Shown piece by piece: positions 11,401 to 20,280 of a stretch of 64,000 nucleotides of DNA. The position numbers and the translations under genes are program-made. The DNA comes from a virus (taxonomy: Duplodnaviria > Caudoviricetes), in the IMG/VR virus record IMGVR_UViG_3300024269_004845; one strand, given 5' to 3'. The notes beneath the pieces are model-generated. The model made no database searches. It worked only from the letters and a program-made list of their open reading frames with translations, and had not been told where the DNA came from. Position 1 is the stretch's first letter. Each line of letters begins with the position of its first letter.

Positions 11401-14056
11401 TTGTCTGAGCTTTTAATTGCTCTAAATTATTGCCTACAGCATGTTGAACCATAGTATTTCTAATAGACTCAAATACACTTAATCTGCCATCATCTGCAAA
11501 AGTTGTTGCGCCTTTATCACCGACTGGTCTTAGGCCTTTCATTTCTGCGATTTCATCATCTAAGCGCAAGATAAATTGTTTTACGTCTGCTGGATTTTCT
11601 AATTGACTTAAATCTTTAATTCCACAAACTTCACTAAATGTTCTAAATGTTGTTCCTGGTGGTACCCCATCGGTAGAAACTTTTATGAATGTTTCGGAAC
11701 GTAAGAAATCGGATTGCATTAATGTATTAGATTCGTTTGTTACTTGGCGTAAGCGGTGCATTTCATCTGGTGGAATGTTACAGTTAATTGCTAGATGTCT
11801 TTCTATTCTATCTAATGTTTCCTCTGTACTTAATCCTGCACCTCTTGCATCATTTCTTATTTTTTGTATTTCATCTAAGTGTTCTGCGGCATATTTTAAA
11901 ACTATGGTTTTATTATCTTCATTAATAATATTTCTCACTAACTCTGGATTAAATGCATAATCTTGAGAATGAGAATGTTGGTCTAGAATTTCAACTGCTA
12001 ATTTAGCCCTTATTGCGGTTTCAAGAATGATAGTTTTGCTTTTATCTGTTTCTTCGAAATCGGCCGCAAGTTTAGAAGAGGCCTTTTTAATATCTTCGTC
12101 CGTAATTCTAGAAAAATCAATTTTAAGTTCTTTAGATGATTCATCTACAGTTATATATTCTTTAAAATATTTTTGAACATCGATGGATTCTACTAGCGTT
12201 TGGTACGTTTCCAATTTTGAAATTCTACCATCTTTATGATACGCAACTCTTAGTTCTTCATCGATATATTTTTGAAGAGCATCTCTTGCTGCTTCGCAAG
12301 ATTCTTTTGAGGCTAAGGTTTCGTATGTGATATTCCTTAACGCAGGAATATTTATTCCTTCTTTAAGTTTTGATATGCTATCCATTGTTTGTACATCAAC
12401 AGTTAGTCTATCATGTACTCCGTATTCGTATAGATTTTTTGTATCTACTGCAAAATTTTCTGGATGTGTTTCCTGCAATTTTGCTAATATCTCTAGTAAT
12501 TGCTTGATGTTTTCTGCTTTATTTGCTACAGCTTCATTTTCTTCAATACCTCTTGTCATATCAGCACTTGCGGGAGCTATCTTACAAGCTTCTCTTGTTA
12601 CATTTTCTATTTGGATGTTTAAATCATCAAGAGATAAAGAGTCTATTTTTTCAGGAGCTGAAAATCCACATTCTTTGAGTATTTCGTATCTATCATCAAT
12701 ATTATTATCGTTTTTGTCTTTAACGTATAACCAAACTGCCTCATGGAATGTAGCAAGAGTTTGTATATATTCTTGATTCCTTTTTTCTTTTTCGAGTCTT
12801 TCTTTTATATCAAACTCTACAGCTGGAGCTAATAACGCTTTGGAAGAACCTGCTTTATCAAGAGCTAATTCCAGCTCTTCAATTTTGTGGTTTGAAAAGC
12901 TTTCTCTAAACTCTGACATGAGGGGAGCAATTCTTCTTTGAAAATCAGCGCCCTCAATTACTTGGTCAGTGATTTGTATTGTGCTTTGTTTTACATCTGC
13001 AATAATTTTGGGGTCAGGTTCTCTATAATTGTCCATGTTTTTTATAGTTAGTTCTTTAGAGATAGAATATTCTTGCATCATTCTATCAGCTAACTGTTTT
13101 AATTCTTCAAATGAATCACTATGATGGTCTCTTAGATAACCCATTTTATCGACAAATTGAGTTCCAGGGTTGTTTAATACTGCGCTGTCTCCGTATAACT
13201 GTTTAGCAGCTAATAAAATAACTTTTTCTTGTTCATATGCAGATATTTTCGCAAATTGCGAATTTATATACTGGAGATTTTGACCATTCTCTGCCATGTA
13301 AGCAGAAAATTCCTGAATGTTATAGGCGTTATAAAATCTATAAACCTCTAGAGATTGTGGGCTGATTTCATATGGGCCGCCTGAAACATTTTTAAGGAAT
13401 CCTTTTCCTCTTGTTGTGGCCATATCGGTTTCTTTGTTTGTGTCATCTGAATTTATAACAATCATTGCTTTTTCAGATGGTGTTCTTACATATTTATCTC
13501 CGATAATTGCTTTTTCAATATGAACAGAACTAATTGAACCATAGGATAGTCCCATACCTCCTGGGTACAATTCTCGATTATTATAGTTATCCATATCTGT
13601 TATTTCTAGACTTTTACTGCCCATTAATTCTGGGGATAATATTGATTTACCTTTTAGATGTTCGAACTTTTTTTCAAATTCTTCTCTATTCCCAGAAATT
13701 CCAATTTGCAAATTTTCTAAATGGGGGTTTAAGTCACTATCTACAGATGTTTGAATCATCCACTTTATTCTTCCAGCATATTCTAAGGTTTCGTCATTTT
13801 GTTTTAACCCATACGCTTCGGGAGAAAGCGTTGATATCATTAACATATCTGGTTTTCTACTTATACCATATGTTAGATTTTGAGCTGCTGTATATTGTGC
13901 TTGGCCCAAATCCAAAGTTAAACTATATGTTTGAGAACCTCTTCTAGCTCTTTGGCTGGCATTATCAATAGCTTTAGCTTTTTCAGTCTGTGAGCTGCTT
14001 CCAGTTTGAGAGGGTCTATAAGGAGTCTGTCTATTCATTTGACCGTTACCTGCCAT
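8444..14056 (-). CDS. Giant (~1870 aa) helical/coiled-coil orphan protein
   Basis: Long ORF; start MAGNGQ after RBS AAGAGGTG; terminator at ~8400-8430. Confidence 0.85.
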   Translation of the reverse strand: MAGNGQMNRQTPYRPSQTGSSSQTEKAKAIDNASQRARRGSQTYSLTLDLGQAQYTAAQNLTYGISRKPDMLMISTLSPEAYGLKQNDETLEYAGRIKWMIQTSVDSDLNPHLENLQIGISGNREEFEKKFEHLKGKSILSPELMGSKSLEITDMDNYNNRELYPGGMGLSYGSISSVHIEKAIIGDKYVRTPSEKAMIVINSDDTNKETDMATTRGKGFLKNVSGGPYEISPQSLEVYRFYNAYNIQEFSAYMAENGQNLQYINSQFAKISAYEQEKVILLAAKQLYGDSAVLNNPGTQFVDKMGYLRDHHSDSFEELKQLADRMMQEYSISKELTIKNMDNYREPDPKIIADVKQSTIQITDQVIEGADFQRRIAPLMSEFRESFSNHKIEELELALDKAGSSKALLAPAVEFDIKERLEKEKRNQEYIQTLATFHEAVWLYVKDKNDNNIDDRYEILKECGFSAPEKIDSLSLDDLNIQIENVTREACKIAPASADMTRGIEENEAVANKAENIKQLLEILAKLQETHPENFAVDTKNLYEYGVHDRLTVDVQTMDSISKLKEGINIPALRNITYETLASKESCEAARDALQKYIDEELRVAYHKDGRISKLETYQTLVESIDVQKYFKEYITVDESSKELKIDFSRITDEDIKKASSKLAADFEETDKSKTIILETAIRAKLAVEILDQHSHSQDYAFNPELVRNIINEDNKTIVLKYAAEHLDEIQKIRNDARGAGLSTEETLDRIERHLAINCNIPPDEMHRLRQVTNESNTLMQSDFLRSETFIKVSTDGVPPGTTFRTFSEVCGIKDLSQLENPADVKQFILRLDDEIAEMKGLRPVGDKGATTFADDGRLSVFESIRNTMVQHAVGNNLEQLKAQTMEYEYNPQILQNIRYTREEQTVLANNHQISKSNDLSTAYGVYLESQSLSERDKAIKSAIDLLEGKISENKKLEVGTKDITIISDALKAGNLSPDSIKYQTPEEMREAIAKFSEVRVEMSEAKSLLDSKLHPVVKDKTAEGGIRAIEYHPTAEQKTAIGKVEEFMAQKEDFIKYAINFENKEANFSEIIKAYEKQNPESPIFKDPKFEAFLEKAEGISWREIHTYTSFTETNPSFTVEKSTPVLLSAATSAYEVQNPQVAMLFKDDMAEITRLADKSIQQDIFRENILQACRENPGVDIRRIDEFQEGLATKIKAEIFSDMLYTDENGKSHWRLAEKVDFSAYDKISAEEILKVREEVKASAAEQIKEILKDGEIKYSVDELKTLKGCKELEHLFDKDSKITTTPEILKDHDGITAELEKLKQIENPSQDLTAAIGILESKNKLNYGFESSQQELQSVGTSKFGSMNLQEMMHSETSTAKTIFEMDKEITNIQYTKLVAQTVELAGMQKDLETLESKMKELKSLQEEKEAAASHSHEKASWKERWANYFNHGKENEDPQLKKNSPEQKRIDGEIAKVEGVIKDLKEKYGMQDRSNEEFATHLSNEIRIKEDFKLQIDKLEVKYSGAVESTVERIDSRLQELGSKSLEDWTKEDKAFFQKWQTMDKEALADLASKPLATWTKDDRALFVSAQEFDHPLIRKAFEKQLDQDVETARAYTECKALTSMKNALESVQETRQEHGLTHHEVTQVNHQSIGERVSANEANTELENLRNAAREAERAYTQLTELRHHTETVLSTSGSEHERKVNLESIKLVTDAHASFASAATAYNEALIAHQQSLSTDGRAVSMELPVYTAEAVKTEEFLNKLHGKGAGTTFDREEPIIVPEIPEVFRNYVHNHEASHEYREVFKNETLETTADMPNKAVNKTVEAIEEVIENDNGQQTAVTAEVKPKAEELTNNPNDAEADASSDSKVVEAADPIEAANGM

Positions 14057-14150
14057 TTTAATCACCTCTTTTAAAATATTTTTAACGACTATCAATCATA
14101 TGTGTCTTATTTATTATATTTTAGAATTTATTCCAATATCAAACTTTACC

Positions 14151-14441
14151 TTATTTTCTTATTAAATTTATAATCGAAAATAGTATCCAAATAAGAATAC
14201 TTGTTATACATATTATAACACAGGTTCCAATTAATAATAATGAAACGAAACCTCCTAGTATTGATGCTAGAAATCCAGTTGTTTTATATAGGAATATAAA
14301 TAACAAAATAACTGCTACTAATCCAAAAGGGATTAATTTAAAAACAAATTTTGCTAATTTAACACATAAATAAATCTGGAAGGCAGCAACTAAAAGGAAA
14401 GGAAAAATATAAAACAAAAATAGCACTAATGGGCTTAACAT
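14151..14441 (-). CDS. Small membrane protein (3 TM)
   Basis: Hydrophobic 96-aa ORF, RBS AAGGGGG. Confidence 0.65.
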   Translation of the reverse strand: MLSPLVLFLFYIFPFLLVAAFQIYLCVKLAKFVFKLIPFGLVAVILLFIFLYKTTGFLASILGGFVSLLLIGTCVIICITSILIWILFSIINLIRK

Positions 14442-14575
14442 GAGTAATTCCCCCTTTTTAAAATTTTGTTAATTAGTTATATATTGTAAATTGGTAAAAT
14501 ATAATATAGAAAAATCTAGTCCATTTATATATTATATATAGCTAATGGGAAAAATAAAAAGGAGGATTGAAAATA

Positions 14576-15478
14576 ATGTCATTTTTGAAAAGCACTTTAC
14601 AAACAAACGTCCAAGACTATGAACAAAGTAGAGATGAAATGGTTAAACGTTTTAATGAGGGAATGGACTATCTCCAAGATTTTGAAAATGATTTGGGCCT
14701 TGCCGATAAGGTAGAAGATGATTGTTTATCTTTTGATTTTTTGTCTAAACTTGAAAATTTGGATTCTGTAGCTTTCATTCAAATAGATGTCGCAGAAAAA
14801 AATCATTCGAATCAATTATTTGGCGAAATTACTAAAGCTGTATCGGATGCGATAGATTCTGAAGTTGATGATGTATTGAATACAAACGAAAATAATGTAT
14901 CCGCTCAAGCAACGCCAAATATCTTAAGAAATAATTATTCTATTAAAAAGAAGAGAATTATTGACGAAACATTATTAAATGTAAATGGCGATTCTTTCGA
15001 ACAAAATATGATGACTATCAGATGTATGGATATATATTCCGAAATGGCACAAACGACTGATGCGATATCTGAAAGAACTAGGAAAAAGATGAAAGAGCAT
15101 GAACAGATACTCCTTTTTATAGGAGTAACTCCAAAACCAAATCCAGAATTGTCAGAAGCACAATTAACGGAAGTTGTATCGTATACAATTGCAGTTGTCT
15201 CGAATATTAAAGATGGTACCGTTCCAGATATTAATAAATACAAAGATAAAGTAGTAGAACTTATAAATAATAGTACTAATAAGGTAATAGAGAGTACAGA
15301 TGTAAATGCTACACTTAAGAGTTTTTCTGAGGTGGCAGATACTCTTTCCAGTTGTAAAGAACAAATTGCTGATAATCCTAAAGGAAGAAACTTTGTAAAT
15401 GCAATCAGTGCAATTGAAAATATTTGTCAAAATCAACAAGAGAAAATTAATAATTTGTATAGTGAATTTGATAAATAA
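14576..15478 (+). CDS. Hypothetical acidic helical protein
   Basis: ORF with RBS AGGAGG; terminator downstream. Confidence 0.7.
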   Translation: MSFLKSTLQTNVQDYEQSRDEMVKRFNEGMDYLQDFENDLGLADKVEDDCLSFDFLSKLENLDSVAFIQIDVAEKNHSNQLFGEITKAVSDAIDSEVDDVLNTNENNVSAQATPNILRNNYSIKKKRIIDETLLNVNGDSFEQNMMTIRCMDIYSEMAQTTDAISERTRKKMKEHEQILLFIGVTPKPNPELSEAQLTEVVSYTIAVVSNIKDGTVPDINKYKDKVVELINNSTNKVIESTDVNATLKSFSEVADTLSSCKEQIADNPKGRNFVNAISAIENICQNQQEKINNLYSEFDK

Positions 15479-15604
15479 TATTAACGGAGAAACCAGTTTG
15501 GTTTCTCCGTTTTTTTGTTAAATCTTTTTGTTGTGATGTTTTTATTTATTATGTTTTTGTTACTAGTATATAATTTTGTATAATTCTTTTTTGAAGAAAG
15601 GAGT

Positions 15605-15961
15605 GTGACTTTTTTGGAATTGAAAGATATCTTAAACAAAGATGATAAATTTGATACTCAAGATATTCTTTATATAGGGAATATAAATACAAAACAAGAT
15701 TATGTTTTGATGAATTTTTTAGAGAAAAAAATGATTGAAATACAGGGCCAAGATTTTGTGAAAAAGTCACATCCCAAAATACAGTATATCATGAGTTTGT
15801 TATTGGATGACAACGTAGATGGGTTGTTTGATTTTTATAGTGGTTCTTTTGATGAATACATGAAAATCTGTAACAACAACTATAGCCAAATAGGCAGTTT
15901 TAACATCACTTTTGCTGTGTTAATACATTTGGCTTCTAAGATTATAAGAAGATATTCGTAA
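15605..15961 (+). CDS. Hypothetical protein
   Basis: ORF with RBS AAGGAG, directly upstream of the coupling-protein gene. Confidence 0.6.
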   Translation: MTFLELKDILNKDDKFDTQDILYIGNINTKQDYVLMNFLEKKMIEIQGQDFVKKSHPKIQYIMSLLLDDNVDGLFDFYSGSFDEYMKICNNNYSQIGSFNITFAVLIHLASKIIRRYS

Positions 15962-15974
15962 AGGGAGGTTTATT

Positions 15975-17324
15975 ATGTACGAAGAAGAAGAATTTTCTCC
16001 GTGTGATGTAGTATTATGCTATGATAGAGAAACTTTACAACCAGTTGTAATTCCTGAAGATGATAGATTTTTGAATATGCTTATAATGGGACCTACAGGT
16101 ACTGGTAAATCATCTCAGGTTTTTACTCCATTAATATATCAGGATTTAATAAATGGGTCTTGTGGGATTACCGTAATAGACCCAAAAGAAGACTTGGCGG
16201 AAGCGATTTACGAAGTTGCAAAACAGTTCGACCGCCATGTTTTATATGTTGACCCAGCAGACGAAAATTGTCCTAGATTAAATCCTTTCGAGGGGACAGA
16301 AGAAATTGTTACAAAAAACATGCTGAAAATATTCTCTCCTTCTTTTAGAATTACGTCTAATGAAGAGAAAAGAGATATGGACGTTTGTCGTAATTTAATC
16401 ACTAAATCCATTAAGTTATTAAAAGAGTATCCCGATATTTGTGGTAACAATTTAAATATTGTTACATATGCAAATTTTATTTGTAATAAATATAATGAAA
16501 GTCGTTTAAAAATTAGTAAAACCCTCGAACAATTGAGAGTTAATAGATTGAGTTTGGAACTTACGGAAATTTGCGAATGGTTCCTATATGATTATTTTGA
16601 ACCAACAAAAGATGTTTACGATAGGTGTGCAACTGTAAGAATTAAGGTCGACGAACTGGCATCGAATAAATATCTCAAAAGAGTCATGACGCCAAGTAAT
16701 AACAGCACTGTTGAGAAAATTGATTTTAATAAGCATTTACTTAACAGAGATATTGTTATTATGAATACTAAAAATACCATTCTTGGACCGCTGGGTAAAA
16801 CTTTTGGTGAATTTATTATGCTTGAATTCTTGAATGCGACTTTTAGAAGAAAACATTATGCGAAGGAGATGGGGTATGAAGGACCCGTTCCTCCTCATTT
16901 CTTATATATAGATGAATTTGCTACTTATTCTCCCGTTTTAACGGAAATGTTTACTCAGGGACGTTCGTTTAGGGTCGGAACTCATATTGCTGTTCAGAAT
17001 AGGGCATTATTACAGATGTGTGGTGACGAATTAACTGAAGCCCAATCTTTGCTCATCGAATCTAATGCTCGTAACCTGGTTCTGTTCCCAGGTTTGAATG
17101 GTGAAGATGCTAGATATTATTCTGCTCAATTTTACAATTTAAAACCTGAGGAAATTTGTTATCGTCCATTTGGGCAGATATGTTATCGTGTAGTTGCAAA
17201 TAAGAGTATTTCTCGTCCAGGGGTTGGATTAGTATTCTTTATAGACCAAAAACCGAACACGGACTCTATTAAACTTGAAGAGATGTATAAATCTAACAGA
17301 CGAAATTATAAAAAAATAACGTAA
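15975..17324 (+). CDS. VirD4/TraD-like type IV coupling ATPase lacking TM anchors
   Basis: Walker A GPTGTGKS, VIDPKEDL, Walker B LYIDEF, QGRSFRV; clear paralog of 40106..42400. Confidence 0.85.
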   Translation: MYEEEEFSPCDVVLCYDRETLQPVVIPEDDRFLNMLIMGPTGTGKSSQVFTPLIYQDLINGSCGITVIDPKEDLAEAIYEVAKQFDRHVLYVDPADENCPRLNPFEGTEEIVTKNMLKIFSPSFRITSNEEKRDMDVCRNLITKSIKLLKEYPDICGNNLNIVTYANFICNKYNESRLKISKTLEQLRVNRLSLELTEICEWFLYDYFEPTKDVYDRCATVRIKVDELASNKYLKRVMTPSNNSTVEKIDFNKHLLNRDIVIMNTKNTILGPLGKTFGEFIMLEFLNATFRRKHYAKEMGYEGPVPPHFLYIDEFATYSPVLTEMFTQGRSFRVGTHIAVQNRALLQMCGDELTEAQSLLIESNARNLVLFPGLNGEDARYYSAQFYNLKPEEICYRPFGQICYRVVANKSISRPGVGLVFFIDQKPNTDSIKLEEMYKSNRRNYKKIT

Positions 17325-17558
17325 AACTAATATATTACAAAAAGACCTACTTTGTCAAGCAGGTCTTTTTTAATTTTTATTTTTGGCAAAATATAAAATG
17401 TAAATGGTGCAAAAAATAATTATTTTGTTATTTGTCTTTTTTATAGAATACTTTAAGCATAATTATTTCATTAATAATTGAATAAAATAATATGATATAA
17501 AAAGATTTGTATATTCGCTGAAAGGAGGTACGCGACACACTTCCGTGTCTATTGGAGT

Positions 17559-19319
17559 ATGAAATATAAAGTATTGTTAGCTATAGATAATCAGATGGCC
17601 GAAACTGCATTTAAGGATAGACTCTCTAAATTGAATCCTGAGTATGAAATTGTTGCATGTGTGGTTCATAAAGATTCTGTATTAGATTATTTAGAGGGTA
17701 ATAGCGTTGATGTTGTTGTCTTAATCGAAGGTTTAAAGGGTGAGACTGACGATTTTAAATTTGCCATTGATTTAAAAATGAAATACCCTGAATTAAGAAT
17801 TGTGTTTATTGCTGGTGCAAGAGCGCCTGGCGACAAACAATTAGCAAAGCTTGTTTCTTATCAGATTTTTGATATTTTAGCGGGTAACAGAGTTTCTATT
17901 AATGATATGGTAAATAGAACGATTAAGCCTGCAACATGGAAAGAGGCCTCCATTTATTTACCAAATGGTGGAAATGATATATTCTCAGAAAAAGAATTAC
18001 AAGAAATTAATTCTTCTGGGGTTGCGGATGTTGAAAATGTTGATTCAACTGTCACTGAGATTTTGTCTGATGAAAATGAACATAATCAAATAGGTGGCAT
18101 GTCTTTAAAAGATAGATTTAATAATAAGAGAAATTCTAGTAAATTATCTGATGATGGGCTAATGTCTTCTCCCGTAACAAACCAAAATCCAAAGTTGAAT
18201 GACGATGGGCTAGTTCAGGAAAAGAAGTCTAAATTAAGCAATCCTATTGCTCAACGGGTTGCTCCAGCCGCTCCTGCGGCAGCTGCTGCAGCTGGGGTTG
18301 CCGCTGTTTCTTCTGCTGAGGTTGCTGAATTAAAGAAAAGGCTCGAAGTTGCTGAGAAAAAAGCTCAAAAAGCAGAAGCTGAAAGGTTAAAGGCTCTTAA
18401 TCAAAACAAACAAATGGCTGATGAATATGATAAGTTAGAACAAGAATTAAGAGACCTTGATAAAAGTAGAAATGTAACTTCTAAACAAAAAGTTATTACA
18501 TTTTACGGAACAGTTCCTGGTGTTGGATGTACTACTTGTGCTTTGAATACTGCGGTATATCTTGCTATGAAGGGACAAAAAGTGGTCTATATCGAATTTA
18601 ATGATGTATTACCTACTCTTAGCTATTGGTTCGATTTAGATTCTATAACAAACGGATTAGAAAAGGCATTCTTTGGAATTGAAACTAGAAACTATCAAGA
18701 TATTGATAAATGTATAGTTACAAAAGAAGATATTCTAGCATTGAAATCAGATATGAATGACAAACATGCTAAGTATCCAGAAAACTTGCATTACATGTTT
18801 TTTTCTGCTGGGTATATTAAATCTGGTGAGATTATTCAAACAAACCCAAATACTTTAAAAGATTTACTATTGTTCTTGCTATACAAAGAGGGATATGATT
18901 ACATAATTCTCGATGTATATTCACATTCTGATTTCCATATTTTGGAGACGGCTTCGATTTTCTCGTCCGTGAACGTATTTGTAATGACTCAGGATGTTGT
19001 AACTATTGGTGCTTCTTTAAAAATGTTTGCTGCTCTGAAGAGTAATGGTGTAGAGTTCGAATTTTTGAAAGACGCAACAGTAAAAGGTTTGTCTAGTGTT
19101 AATTATAAAAATATTTATCTAATAAATAAATATAATAATAATATTCTTCTGAATAAACCTAAAATAAAGAATTGGCTAGAGGCTGAAAAGGTTGCCACTA
19201 TCCCAGAAAACTCTGCGGATATAATAAATGGTTCTTTTAAAGCTTTGCCCGCAATTCTTGTTTCTAAAAATAGAGACTACATGATGTCAATTCAGAAATT
19301 AACAGAAATGTTTAAGTAA
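17559..19319 (+). CDS. CpaE/TadZ-like protein (pseudo-receiver plus MinD/ParA-like ATPase)
   Basis: N-terminal receiver-like domain, coiled coil, deviant Walker A GTVPGVGCTT, YDYIILD. Confidence 0.7.
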   Translation: MKYKVLLAIDNQMAETAFKDRLSKLNPEYEIVACVVHKDSVLDYLEGNSVDVVVLIEGLKGETDDFKFAIDLKMKYPELRIVFIAGARAPGDKQLAKLVSYQIFDILAGNRVSINDMVNRTIKPATWKEASIYLPNGGNDIFSEKELQEINSSGVADVENVDSTVTEILSDENEHNQIGGMSLKDRFNNKRNSSKLSDDGLMSSPVTNQNPKLNDDGLVQEKKSKLSNPIAQRVAPAAPAAAAAAGVAAVSSAEVAELKKRLEVAEKKAQKAEAERLKALNQNKQMADEYDKLEQELRDLDKSRNVTSKQKVITFYGTVPGVGCTTCALNTAVYLAMKGQKVVYIEFNDVLPTLSYWFDLDSITNGLEKAFFGIETRNYQDIDKCIVTKEDILALKSDMNDKHAKYPENLHYMFFSAGYIKSGEIIQTNPNTLKDLLLFLLYKEGYDYIILDVYSHSDFHILETASIFSSVNVFVMTQDVVTIGASLKMFAALKSNGVEFEFLKDATVKGLSSVNYKNIYLINKYNNNILLNKPKIKNWLEAEKVATIPENSADIINGSFKALPAILVSKNRDYMMSIQKLTEMFK

Positions 19320-19334
19320 GGAGGCAATTAATAT

Positions 19335-20234
19335 ATGAAAAGTAAAAAGAAATTAATTGTTTTGTTGCTTCAAATTGTATTAATTATAGCGTTTGTATTT
19401 ACTTACAAGCAATATGTTGAATTCAGTTTGCAGCCAACCGAGGTTTACATGTATGCAAGAAATCTTGATGTAGGTGTAAAAATTACAGAGAGAGATTTGA
19501 CTGCTACACCTCTGTCTCAAATGACTCTACAAAACAATATGATTATGGTTGGAAATAAAAACGAAGTTGTTGGTAAATATACTATTACTAAAGCTATTAA
19601 AAACACTATCGTTTACAGAGAACAATTGGGCGATATTACAAGTGTCGATAAATTTGCTTCTCTGGACCTTTCTAATAGCCGTGTTATTGCGTTGCCAATG
19701 AGTTATTCAACGGGTGTCGCAGGTGATTTAGAACGTGGTGATAGAATTGATTTGATGTTTACTGCTAGCGCTTCTGCCGAAAACGGTGATGAAAGTGCAA
19801 GTTTCTCTTATAGTAAAATTTTTATGCAGAATGTACCTATTTACCAAATAAATACTGGTAGTGGTTTTAAATTTACTGCGCATGCTCATGAAGATGCATA
19901 TGTTACTACTGAGGATGGTTCAACTGTTGCACAGTCTTATGAAGCTCCTGCTTCTATCAGTTTAATCGTAACACCTGAACAAGCAGAAGAAATTCATACC
20001 AGATTATTAGTTGGTGAAATTATATTTGTTAAAAGATTTGAGGAATCCGAAACCCATGAAACTCTAGGCTTTGTAATTGGTGAATATGGTAAGATATTTG
20101 CTGGTAATGCAAACGCAGAAACTGGTAATATTCAAGTTTCTGATGCGTTCTTGAATTCTGGAGCATTAACTGAAAGTGATGATGGAATAACAGATTCCAA
20201 TTCCATGGGGACAGGAAATATGGAGATAGAATAA
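19335..20234 (+). CDS. cpaB: Flp pilus assembly protein CpaB/RcpC (SAF domain)
   Basis: TM, SAF-like ARNLDVGVKITERDL...VVGKY, GVAGDLERGDRIDL, LIVTPEQAEEI. Confidence 0.8.
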   Translation: MKSKKKLIVLLLQIVLIIAFVFTYKQYVEFSLQPTEVYMYARNLDVGVKITERDLTATPLSQMTLQNNMIMVGNKNEVVGKYTITKAIKNTIVYREQLGDITSVDKFASLDLSNSRVIALPMSYSTGVAGDLERGDRIDLMFTASASAENGDESASFSYSKIFMQNVPIYQINTGSGFKFTAHAHEDAYVTTEDGSTVAQSYEAPASISLIVTPEQAEEIHTRLLVGEIIFVKRFEESETHETLGFVIGEYGKIFAGNANAETGNIQVSDAFLNSGALTESDDGITDSNSMGTGNMEIE

Positions 20235-20280
20235 TCTCCATATTTCCTCTCTCTAAAAATACTAGAAGGAGGATATCGTT

